In this document: positions 55,720 to 64,000 of the stretch, piece after piece
How the letters are laid out: the number at the start of each line of letters is the position of its first letter
How positions within the stretch are numbered: the first letter of the stretch is position 1
NCBI GenBank assembly: GCA_910576875.1
Contig: CAJTKI010000001.1
Location: 350 to 64,349 of the forward strand
From: an uncultured Christensenella sp.
Lineage (GTDB): Bacteria; Bacillota; Clostridia; Christensenellales; UBA3700
Length of the DNA: 64,000 nucleotides
Direction of reading: 5' to 3'
The notes under the pieces: generated by a model
Databases searched by the model: none
What the model was told of the DNA's origin: nothing
The model's input: only the letters and a program-made list of their open reading frames with translations
Program-made: the position numbers and the translations under genes

Positions 55720-57039
55720 TCATCCCTTAAACGCGCGATAAATCGCATCGATCGCACGCTCGTAATCGGTCGTCGATACGCCGACGATGATATTGAGTTC
55801 GCTCGATCCCTGATCGATCATGCGGATATTGATATTGGCTTGCGCGAGCGCGCCGCACAATTTCGCCGCCGTACCGGGATGGAAGGACATGCCGTGTCCG
55901 ACCGTCGCGATCAACGAAATGCCCTGTTTGATCTCGATATGATCGGGCGCAACCGTCTTGCGGATGCGATCGAGCAAGACTTCTTCTTTGCCCGCGAGTT
56001 CGTTATCGGCGACGACGATGCTGAGCGTATCGATGCCGCTGGGCATGTGCTCGAACGAAATGTTGTAATACTCGAACACGGACATGACGCGACGCGCAAA
56101 GCCGAGTTCGGAATTCATCATGGATTTTTCGATAAAGACGATGCTGTATCCCTTTTTGCCCGCGACGCCGGTAATGATGTCCTCGTGCACGCAATCCGCG
56201 GGTACTTCCGCGACGATCATCGTGCCGCGATCGGCAGGCGCAAACGTATTGCGGATATTGATCGGGATATTGCTCGTACGCACCGGAAAGATCGATTCGG
56301 GATGCAGGACGTTGGCGCCCATGTACGACAATTCGCGCAATTCGCGGTACGACAGCATCGCGATCGGCGCGGGATTGGGAACGATCCGCGGATCCGCGGT
56401 CATAAAGCCGCTGACATCCGTCCAGTTTTCGTACAGCGACGCGCGCACGGCGCGCGCGATTACGGCGCCGGTAATATCCGAGCCGCCGCGGCTGAACGTA
56501 TGCACGTTGCCCATCGCGTCCGCTCCGAAAAATCCGGGAATCACCGCTTGTTTGTGTTGTTTAAGCACGGCGCCGACGCGTTCGTTGGTCTCTTCCGCAA
56601 GAAACGCGCCTTCTTCGTCAAACAGCACGATGTTTTTGGCGTCGACAAACGGCATGCCCAATCTGCATGCCGCGATCTTCGCGCTCAGATATTCTCCGCG
56701 CGACGCGCAAAACTCCGCAGAGCGGAATTTGACCATATCCTGTTCGACGCGATCGAGTTCGGCGCAAATATCCATATCCAGCCCCAGATCGCTGACGATG
56801 CCGCAAAAGCGCTCGCGAATCTTGGCGAAAGTAGCCTTGCATTCCCCGTTGATTTCCAAATCGTGATAGCAAGCATACAACAAGTCGGTGACTTTATGAT
56901 CCTGCGAGAACCGCTTGCCCGGCGCCGAAACGACGACGTAGCGACGCGACGGATCGGATTCGATGATTTTGGCGACCTGATTGATGGCCTTGGCGTCCGC
57001 CATGGACGTTCCGCCGAATTTGACTACTTTCAATTCCAT
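55720..57039 (-). CDS. Aspartate kinase
   Basis: Start reset to ATG 57039 (GAAGGA SD). Starts MELKVVKFGGTSMADAKAI and has C-terminal ACT-like repeats. Confidence 0.9.
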   Translation of the reverse strand: MELKVVKFGGTSMADAKAINQVAKIIESDPSRRYVVVSAPGKRFSQDHKVTDLLYACYHDLEINGECKATFAKIRERFCGIVSDLGLDMDICAELDRVEQDMVKFRSAEFCASRGEYLSAKIAACRLGMPFVDAKNIVLFDEEGAFLAEETNERVGAVLKQHKQAVIPGFFGADAMGNVHTFSRGGSDITGAVIARAVRASLYENWTDVSGFMTADPRIVPNPAPIAMLSYRELRELSYMGANVLHPESIFPVRTSNIPINIRNTFAPADRGTMIVAEVPADCVHEDIITGVAGKKGYSIVFIEKSMMNSELGFARRVMSVFEYYNISFEHMPSGIDTLSIVVADNELAGKEEVLLDRIRKTVAPDHIEIKQGISLIATVGHGMSFHPGTAAKLCGALAQANINIRMIDQGSSELNIIVGVSTTDYERAIDAIYRAFKG

Positions 57040-57117
57040 AAAGGATTCCTTCTCGTACTTTATGTTCCCCATTTTACGCGTTTTGACGCATAATCGCAAA
57101 CGATTTGGAACAAATTT

Positions 57118-58350
57118 TTACCATTTGATCTTTTTGGCTTCGTAATAATAGCGTTTGTCTTCGGCGTTGCCCATCGAAAAGGATTTTCTCGGCAAAACGC
57201 CGCGACGGCGCACATAATCGAACAATGAATTTTTGTCGATCGTCGGCATAAAGATCGCAATCGCGTCTTTCTCGCGCGCGACTTCGAGCAAATTGTCTTC
57301 GCCGTGGATATAATCGACCGCGATCTCCCGATGCGCGCGGCAATAATCGTCGATCGCCTTTTGCAAATCCGCGATCGCGTCGCTCGGAGACGAGGACGCC
57401 TGTACGGTAAACTCTTCCGCGCGCCACACCAGACGCACCGAACTGTCGCCGCTCATACGCGTGCGCAGCCAATCGATGAATTCGCGATCGGCGCCCATCA
57501 CGACGCGGTGAATGGGTTGGAAGACAAGCGACGTATCGTGCAAATTGACGAGTTCGCACAGCGCGTAACGCGCCGGATGCCGCTGTTGTTCCGCGGCGGA
57601 AAGCGCGGTCTTGATTTGATTCCAGCATTCTTTGGCGGAAGCCAGCGAATGATTGCCGTCGCCGACCGCAAACAATACCGGACGTTCCGCGTCGCCGTAT
57701 TTGGCGCGCAACACTTGCGGATCGAGCAAGCGCACGACCGCCGCCTTGATCCGATCGGGATCGTCCGCGACGTATCCGCAGACGTGTCCGCCGTTCATAT
57801 TCAGATCAAAATCGTACAGACGTTGCAACGTATCGCGTTTTGCCATCAACGGACCGAGCACGCTGTCGTCCCGATCGTCCATCAACAACATAATGTGCGG
57901 CACTTCGATGCACGCGTTTCTGCGGATCTCGATGCGCGCAGGAATGCGAGACACGACCGTCTTTTCGGTCGCGCGGATCAACGCCGCGCTGTCGGGCGTA
58001 TATTCATACGTTTCCAGATCGATCGCGACCATCAGTCCGATCCGATGTTTGCCGTCCGACAGCGTCCGATCGACGAGCACGAACTCGCGCAGCGATTCGA
58101 ACATACCGCCGTTCAGATAACTGCGCATCGTCGCATGGATGTTGGCGATGCGTTGGGGCGCGTCGTCCTGTTCCAGATATACTTCCGGAAAAATCAAATT
58201 CAACGTGCTCGGACTGTCGCCGACAGCCAAGCTCAAATCTTCCCAATAATGCGGCTGGGACGTAAACTGGTCGCACGCAACGACGCTCCATTTGGATTTG
58301 TCAACGTCTTGCGCCGGCACCAAAATGTGCGGGGTTTTGATATAACTCAT
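57118..58350 (-). CDS. DUF1015 domain-containing protein
   Basis: 410 aa with the family hallmarks I recall: IRATEKT, AVGDGNHSLASAK and LPRKSFSMG. Its ATG overlaps the cdaA stop (ATGA). Confidence 0.8.
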   Translation of the reverse strand: MSYIKTPHILVPAQDVDKSKWSVVACDQFTSQPHYWEDLSLAVGDSPSTLNLIFPEVYLEQDDAPQRIANIHATMRSYLNGGMFESLREFVLVDRTLSDGKHRIGLMVAIDLETYEYTPDSAALIRATEKTVVSRIPARIEIRRNACIEVPHIMLLMDDRDDSVLGPLMAKRDTLQRLYDFDLNMNGGHVCGYVADDPDRIKAAVVRLLDPQVLRAKYGDAERPVLFAVGDGNHSLASAKECWNQIKTALSAAEQQRHPARYALCELVNLHDTSLVFQPIHRVVMGADREFIDWLRTRMSGDSSVRLVWRAEEFTVQASSSPSDAIADLQKAIDDYCRAHREIAVDYIHGEDNLLEVAREKDAIAIFMPTIDKNSLFDYVRRRGVLPRKSFSMGNAEDKRYYYEAKKIKW

Positions 58351-59204
58351 AAAAACTTCCGATCTCTTTTCTTTTCCGTATTGGTTCTGGCAAGAATACC
58401 GTATGCCATTTTAATTTCTTCATAGAGTTTTTCGGGGGTCATGTAACGTTTGATCTGACCGCCCGACACGACGCTGATAATACCGGTCTCTTCGCTGACG
58501 ACGATCGCAAACACGTCGCTCTCTTCGGTGATCCCGATCGCCGCGCGGTGGCGCGTGCCCAGTTCTTTGGCGATGCCGACTTCCTGCGAAAGGGGCAAGA
58601 AACACGCCGCGGACAACAACTTATCCGCTTTGATGACGACCGCGCCGTCGTGGAGCGGACCTTTGGTGCTGAAAATGCTTTCCAGCAATCCCGCCGAAAT
58701 ATTCGCATTGAGCGCGGTGCCGGTATCCAGCAGATGCGGCGGCACGGCGCTGCGCGCGATGATAATCAACGCGCCGATGTCGTTTTTCGCCATATTTTGA
58801 CATGCGCGGACGATTTCGTTGGCGCTGTCGGTCAACTTTTCTTCCGTCATATCGTATTCTTCTTTGTTGCCCGCGCCGCTGCCGTGCGCCAGTTTGTTGG
58901 CGAGCACCTTAAAGTCGGACTGATAGATGACGACGATACAGACCAACAGGAACAGATTGACAAAATCCAGCAAATGAATCGTAAATGCAAGAAATCCGTT
59001 GCCGATCAACGCGTTGGCGAGATTGCACGCCACGTAAAGCAACATATACGCCGCCGCAACGATCGCCAGCCGAATGCTGTTGCGCCGTTGGAAAAAAATC
59101 ATGATAACGATTGCCAGCGCAAGAAAAACGACCAGGTCGATCACCGACCACCAACTGAAATTCTGCCAGAATGCCGTCGTATCCGCTGCAAGTGCATACC
59201 ACAT
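58347..59204 (-). CDS. cdaA: Diadenylate cyclase CdaA (DisA_N domain, three N-terminal TM helices)
   Basis: HDGAVV (DGA) and GTRHRAAIG (RHR) catalytic motifs. GGAGGAG SD. Confidence 0.9.
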   Translation of the reverse strand: MWYALAADTTAFWQNFSWWSVIDLVVFLALAIVIMIFFQRRNSIRLAIVAAAYMLLYVACNLANALIGNGFLAFTIHLLDFVNLFLLVCIVVIYQSDFKVLANKLAHGSGAGNKEEYDMTEEKLTDSANEIVRACQNMAKNDIGALIIIARSAVPPHLLDTGTALNANISAGLLESIFSTKGPLHDGAVVIKADKLLSAACFLPLSQEVGIAKELGTRHRAAIGITEESDVFAIVVSEETGIISVVSGGQIKRYMTPEKLYEEIKMAYGILARTNTEKKRDRKFL

Positions 59205-59317
59205 ATCGGAAGTCTCCTCCGTTCGTAGGAACGTATTGCTCTATTATATTCCTATTCTAGCTTGTTTTTGTCGAAAAAGGAAGTGTTTTTCCGTACTTTC
59301 CCGATTTTCCGCGCGAT

Positions 59318-60736
59318 TTAACCGAACAAATCGTCCGCATTGCCGCCGTCGGAGTCGTTTTTCGACCGATCGGCATCCGGATCGTCCGAATCCAGTCCGA
59401 ATACGTCGATCGGTTTGACCGGTTCGACGGGCGGATGCGCCTGTTGCATGCGCGTCTGATAGTATTCGCGACGATCCGCGACGCGTTTGCGAATCCAAAA
59501 GACGACGCCCAACAACGCGCCGATCACGGCGATTTTGAAGACGACGTCCATCGCGAGATTGGTAACGGACGACTGCGCCGTGCGTCCGACTTCCTGCATG
59601 CGCGCCGTATCCAACGCCGCCGTCAATTGCTCCGGATAATCGACCAGCGCGCCGATCAGCAACGCCGTCGCCTGTCCCAACGCAAGCCGCGTCGCCTCGT
59701 GACCACCCATGCGCTCGTTCATTTGCAACAGCGTATCGCGTTCGGTATACAGCACGTTTTCCATCCCCGCGCGCTCCGTACCGACGGGATTGTCGTCGGC
59801 TTCCCAGTTGCGACTCGCGACGCTCAGCGTCGGAATACCGGCATCTTGAAAATACACGTGATGCCCGATCATGCCGCTATGAAAATACTGCGTTCTGCCG
59901 TCCTCGAACAGCGCCGCGCGCACCACGTGTTTGTCCGCCGGCACGTCCTGCGCCGTATAGCCGTTCGCACGGGCGACCGCGTAGAAATAATTCTGATAAT
60001 CGGTCTGTTTGTCTCTGCCGTACAGATACAATCGATCGCCGCCGACCGGATGATCCAGACTGACGAACATCGCGATCTGCGCGCGCTCTTCCACGGTCAG
60101 CGCTTCGTAATAGCGATACGATCCGATATACCCGTACGTTTCCTGTCCCAGCAATACGAATTCCACGCGATACGGCAACTGTGCGTCTCGAAGCGCCTGC
60201 GCGATCGTCAACAGCATCGCGATTTCCGCGGCGGATTGGTAGCTGCCTTCCACGCCCGTCGGCTGCGCTTTGTCCGCATACACGTTGTCGTATCCCGCCG
60301 CGATCACGATCGTGCCGCGCGGATTTTCACACGGTTTGACAAACGTCACGTTGTACGACTTGCCGTGCTCGCGATCTTTGTTGGAATCATCGAATTCGTA
60401 CGAAAACTCGCCCACGCCCGCGACCGGATTGTCCGCGTCGTCCGTCACCGCTTTGAATCGATCGATCGGCGTATAGCCCATCGCCGACAATTCCGCCGCC
60501 GCCCAAAACGCAAATTTTTTATCTCCGTCCGACGCGCCGCCGCTCGTACGATCGGCAAAATCCGTCGTCAGACGCTGCATATACGCATATGCTTGCGCGC
60601 CGTAACCGTCCGCGTCGCGATCGACGGCTTGCAACTCGAAGGTTTGCGCCTGCGTGCACGCGCCGAGCGCGGAAAGTACGGCGATACAGACGAGCGCCGC
60701 GACAATGCCGATCCGAATCCGGTGTTTGGTTCTCAT
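59318..60736 (-). CDS. Lipoprotein with M28-peptidase-like fold (metal ligands apparently substituted) and C-terminal TM plus acidic tail
   Basis: The lipobox is VLSALGAC. TIVIAAGYDNVY, GVEGSYQSAAEIAMLL and EFVLLGQETYGYIGS parallel the M28 blocks AHxDS, GAxDNxSG and EExG. The C-terminus has the TM helix FKIAVIGALLGVVFWI. AAGGAGGG SD. Confidence 0.5.
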   Translation of the reverse strand: MRTKHRIRIGIVAALVCIAVLSALGACTQAQTFELQAVDRDADGYGAQAYAYMQRLTTDFADRTSGGASDGDKKFAFWAAAELSAMGYTPIDRFKAVTDDADNPVAGVGEFSYEFDDSNKDREHGKSYNVTFVKPCENPRGTIVIAAGYDNVYADKAQPTGVEGSYQSAAEIAMLLTIAQALRDAQLPYRVEFVLLGQETYGYIGSYRYYEALTVEERAQIAMFVSLDHPVGGDRLYLYGRDKQTDYQNYFYAVARANGYTAQDVPADKHVVRAALFEDGRTQYFHSGMIGHHVYFQDAGIPTLSVASRNWEADDNPVGTERAGMENVLYTERDTLLQMNERMGGHEATRLALGQATALLIGALVDYPEQLTAALDTARMQEVGRTAQSSVTNLAMDVVFKIAVIGALLGVVFWIRKRVADRREYYQTRMQQAHPPVEPVKPIDVFGLDSDDPDADRSKNDSDGGNADDLFG

Positions 60737-60749
60737 ATCCGCGCCCTCC

Positions 60750-61319
60750 TTACGCCAAAATCAAAAACGCCGCCATCGGAAAGACGATAGCGGAAAATAC
60801 GAAGCAACGCAGATCCTTTTCGACCTTGCGCGCCCACAATGCGTACAATGCCCCGCACGCCGCGACCGACGTCGCAAACGATACGATCGGCTCGCCGACG
60901 TTGGCAAGCAAAGGATAGTAAGCAAACAAGAACGAAAACGCGCCGCGCACCGCCGCGTATACGGCAAATACCGCCGCGCCCGTCGTCTGCATATACCGTC
61001 CGTCCGCCGTCGCGCCGAACATCGCAAGCGCGCGATACACGCCGCGGTACGTCATCTGCATCGCATAATACCATATCCCGTACAGAATCGCCGCCATCAT
61101 CAACGGCATCACGTATTGAAACGCGATCGCGATCACGCGCGCGTCGTACTGCAACAAAATCTGCGTCTGTTCCGCCTGCGCCACCATCCAAAAGGTCGAA
61201 CGTCCCGTCTGCCACGTCGAAAACCAGATCGCCCCGAACAGCAAAACTCTCCATACGTTCAGCCATACGCCGGCTTTAATGCGCGGCGGCATCGCCGTCC
61301 GCAATACGGTATTCTGCAT
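60750..61319 (-). CDS. Hypothetical polytopic membrane protein
   Basis: Start reset to ATG 61319, directly after the holA stop. 189 aa with about 5 TM helices. No motif recognised. Confidence 0.5.
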   Translation of the reverse strand: MQNTVLRTAMPPRIKAGVWLNVWRVLLFGAIWFSTWQTGRSTFWMVAQAEQTQILLQYDARVIAIAFQYVMPLMMAAILYGIWYYAMQMTYRGVYRALAMFGATADGRYMQTTGAAVFAVYAAVRGAFSFLFAYYPLLANVGEPIVSFATSVAACGALYALWARKVEKDLRCFVFSAIVFPMAAFLILA

Positions 61320-61321
61320 TG

Positions 61322-62314
61322 CTATGCTCCTTTGCCGACGGTCATGATCTTTACGAGCGCCAGCTGCAACGCCGTATCCGGCGTGTAAATTCCGTTCTTG
61401 AATCCGTACTCCAATTCGTACAGATAATCCACGGTGCTTTTGAGTTTGACGATATAGCCCTGTACGCTGCGACGGTTGGTCTGCACGATGCGGCGGTTGA
61501 CCGCAAGCGCACCCGCGGACAATCCCAGCGTCTTGCACAGCGTCGCGTCGTCCGCGCCCGACGTCGCGATGTGGAACATGCGTCGATACGCCGCCGTGAC
61601 CGTCGCCAGAATATACGCCGGCTTTTCGCCGCGTCCGAGCAAAAGATCGGTCACTTCCAACGCGCGGTCGAACTCTCCGCGCTGCATCGCGTTCGTCAAT
61701 TCAAAGATCTTCATTTCCGCGTCCGGCGGCGTCAGCCGAGCGACGTCCTGCTCGTCGATCGACTTGTCGTCAACGCAATATAACATGAGTTTGTCGCACT
61801 CGTGCAGACTCTTGCCCAAATCGCACGCGCAGCAGTCCGCCACGTCCCGAATCGCTTTGGGCGTCGCGCGGTATCCGCGCGCGGCAAATCGTTTGGACAG
61901 TTGCGCGCACAGTTCGTCGCGCGTCATGCGTTCGCAATCTACATGCACGACCCACTTGGAAATACAGTCGAACGTCTTGCCGCAATCGCTCAGGATCAGC
62001 ACGCAATCGTCGTTCGGTTCCTGCGCATACGCGAGCATCGCGCGCTTTTCCGCTTCGTTCAACGTACGGTTCATGCCGCGCACTTCGACGATGCGGTGCG
62101 TCGCGCCGAACGCGACCGTCTGCGCGCCGGACAAGATCTCGTCCACGTTGCAATCCCCTTCCATGCGCAGATAATTCAATTCCCGCGTCTCTTCCGGCAA
62201 CGTGCGGATCAGCACGCCCGTCGCAAGATCGCGCAAATATCCGTCCGATCCGGACAGACTGTAAACGGCGGACAATCCGAGCTTGATTTTTTCCGACAGT
62301 TCGATCGCTTTCAT
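61322..62314 (-). CDS. holA: DNA polymerase III delta subunit
   Basis: Start reset to ATG 62314 (ATGA overlap with the comEC stop). About 330 aa with length and N-terminal pattern (VYSLSGSDGYLRD) typical of HolA. It sits after comEC, as in Bacillus. Confidence 0.7.
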   Translation of the reverse strand: MKAIELSEKIKLGLSAVYSLSGSDGYLRDLATGVLIRTLPEETRELNYLRMEGDCNVDEILSGAQTVAFGATHRIVEVRGMNRTLNEAEKRAMLAYAQEPNDDCVLILSDCGKTFDCISKWVVHVDCERMTRDELCAQLSKRFAARGYRATPKAIRDVADCCACDLGKSLHECDKLMLYCVDDKSIDEQDVARLTPPDAEMKIFELTNAMQRGEFDRALEVTDLLLGRGEKPAYILATVTAAYRRMFHIATSGADDATLCKTLGLSAGALAVNRRIVQTNRRSVQGYIVKLKSTVDYLYELEYGFKNGIYTPDTALQLALVKIMTVGKGA

Positions 62315-63999
62315 GCATAACTCCAAGCGGGAATTTTCTTTATTGTACCATCTTTGAAGTAAAAAGTAAATTGAGACGGCATACAATTTGCGATCCCGTC
62401 CCGCTTGCCCGCATCGTCGGTCAGGTACGCGCCCGCCACGGCTCCGCTAATCTGTCCGACGATCGCGATGTCGCAGGACATGCGCACGTCGCGACTGTCC
62501 GCCGCGCACGCGACGACCAAACCGCCTACGCTCAAATATCCCGCGCCGGAATCGAACCAAATCGCCGTATCCGCGTCCGCAACGCGCGACGCATAGTACG
62601 GTATCCCGCTCGCGTCCGTATACGATTGTCCGTCCGCGCAATAGACCGCCTGCACGCGCCACTGCGGAAAATATCGCCGCGCGAATTCCAAATCCTTGCG
62701 ACTGCGCGCGACCACGCCGTCCAGATATCCGATCGACCGCTTGCGCATTCGATCCGTCACCCATTCCGCGCCGCTCGCGGTCATGCCGTCCGAAAGCACG
62801 AGATAATATCCGCTGTCTGCCGATTGGACGATCGCATACGCATTGTCGTACGCGTCTCGGTTGCAATGCACGGCATTGTCCGACCAACCGACGCCGCGCA
62901 GCGAGCACACGCCGCTGACCGTGACCGCTGCAATCAACGCCGCGGCGCAAATGCGTTTGGGCTTGCGCTCGATCATGCAGAAATCGGACAGGAATACCAA
63001 CAACGCCAAATACGGCGCAAACCATACCCACGACATCCGCAATTCCAATACCGCGAACGGGACTTCCGCCGCCATTCGCACAAACGAGATCAACCCGTAT
63101 ACCGCCACGCTCGGTCCGATCAACAAAATCCCGCACGGCGCGCAGACCGCCGCCAGCGCGACTATCGGTAAGTATACCACGAACAACGCGGAAATAATCG
63201 GCACGGCAATCAAATTGACCGGCACGAAGATCCACGATACTTTGCCGAAATACAACAACAGCAACGGCATCAGCGCGCAGTTGGCGGACAACGACACCGC
63301 GATCGGCGAAGCGAGTTTCTTCGGCAAAACGCGCGCAAGCGCGCGGCAGATCGGCGCTTGCAACGCCAAGATGCCGAATACCGCAAAATAGCTCATCAAA
63401 AATCCCAGATCGAACAACTCGTACGGTCGCGCCGTCAAGATGCAAATCGCCGCCAACGACAACGTCGACAACGGATCGTTGCGCGCGCCCAAGCATTGCG
63501 CCGTCATCCATACGGCAAACATCGCGATCGCCCGCACCGTGGACGGCGCAAAGGAGCACAGCCATCCGTACCCGATCAGGATCGGCATCGTACAGACAAG
63601 TCGCACCCAAGGTTTGCGCTTGCGCAGCAGCCACGTGACCGCGCCCGCCAAAATGCCGACGTGCAGTCCCGATACCGCAAACAAATGCGCCGCGCCCGTT
63701 GCGGAAAACGCATGCCGCACTTCGTCCGACAGCCCCGCAGTATCCCCGAACGTCATCGCATACAAAAATCCCGCCGCATCCCGATTGCAATGGTCATACA
63801 GCGCGCGTTTGACCCGCAAGCGAATCCGATCGCGCGCGGACGGCGCTTGATCGGTCACATAATACTGCGATTGTTCCGCGGCGATTGCATAATACCGTAT
63901 GCCGTTACGGTAATCGCGCATCGCGAGATTATCCGTCGGATCCGACTCGTATGCATAGACCGCCCCGTCGAATGCGATGCGATCGCCGATCGACGGCAA
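62311..63999 (-). CDS. comEC: ComEC/Rec2 family DNA internalisation channel protein, N-terminus off window
   Basis: The competence domain signature is AAHLFAVSGLHVGILAG, with many TM helices. The ORF is open to the window edge. The C-terminal region lacks a recognisable HxHxDH motif. Confidence 0.8.
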   Translation of the reverse strand: MPSIGDRIAFDGAVYAYESDPTDNLAMRDYRNGIRYYAIAAEQSQYYVTDQAPSARDRIRLRVKRALYDHCNRDAAGFLYAMTFGDTAGLSDEVRHAFSATGAAHLFAVSGLHVGILAGAVTWLLRKRKPWVRLVCTMPILIGYGWLCSFAPSTVRAIAMFAVWMTAQCLGARNDPLSTLSLAAICILTARPYELFDLGFLMSYFAVFGILALQAPICRALARVLPKKLASPIAVSLSANCALMPLLLLYFGKVSWIFVPVNLIAVPIISALFVVYLPIVALAAVCAPCGILLIGPSVAVYGLISFVRMAAEVPFAVLELRMSWVWFAPYLALLVFLSDFCMIERKPKRICAAALIAAVTVSGVCSLRGVGWSDNAVHCNRDAYDNAYAIVQSADSGYYLVLSDGMTASGAEWVTDRMRKRSIGYLDGVVARSRKDLEFARRYFPQWRVQAVYCADGQSYTDASGIPYYASRVADADTAIWFDSGAGYLSVGGLVVACAADSRDVRMSCDIAIVGQISGAVAGAYLTDDAGKRDGIANCMPSQFTFYFKDGTIKKIPAWSYA

Positions 64000-64000
64000 C

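Overview
This 64-kb chromosomal window appears to come from a moderately GC-rich, endospore-forming Firmicute of Clostridia type. That is inferred from a gerA-type germinant receptor operon, spoIIE-tilS-hpt, cwlD, comEC-holA, Gram-positive Shine-Dalgarno (SD) sites and TGnTATAAT promoters. I support about 50 protein genes (mostly minus strand), one tRNA-Ala(CGC), one cobalamin riboswitch, and a set of sigma-A-like promoters and rho-independent terminators read by eye. Left to right the content is: a partial surface protein; gerA-type operon; vanW/PHP/rmuC/cca/hpt/tilS/spoIIE; a surface-protein cluster (acidic-tailed beta-helix protein, ApgM-type metalloenzyme, 1471-aa M60-like peptidase); carAB-guaA-purA; a MATE pump; a B12 riboswitch with DUF4430 lipoprotein and ECF S-component; nagB-gpmI, tpiA-pgk; GH27, Fe-ADH, PNPOx-like, RluA-family, ogt, cwlD, GH20, degV, citrate synthase; a small accessory stretch (WYL regulator, isochorismatase-family hydrolase, YdeI-like protein, AT-rich islet of small lipo/membrane proteins) ending at the tRNA-Ala; then aspartate kinase, DUF1015, cdaA, two envelope proteins, holA and comEC (partial). 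Many long ORFs in the supplied track are codon-aligned antisense shadow ORFs or upstream extensions of real genes. I re-set several starts using SD or promoter geometry. I saw no CRISPR array, transposase, integrase, rRNA or recognisable defence system, and I cannot point to a clear-cut novel system. The observations most worth a second look are: cdaA translationally coupled to DUF1015 instead of cdaR/glmM; two neighbouring surface proteins with charge-complementary repetitive cytoplasmic tails flanking an ApgM-type enzyme; a DnaA-box cluster inside a 14-bp inverted repeat; a recurrent promoter-N6-ATG (leaderless) architecture; and paired 27-bp palindromes upstream of the ger operon. All functional calls rest on motif recognition from memory. 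No database search or computation was run.
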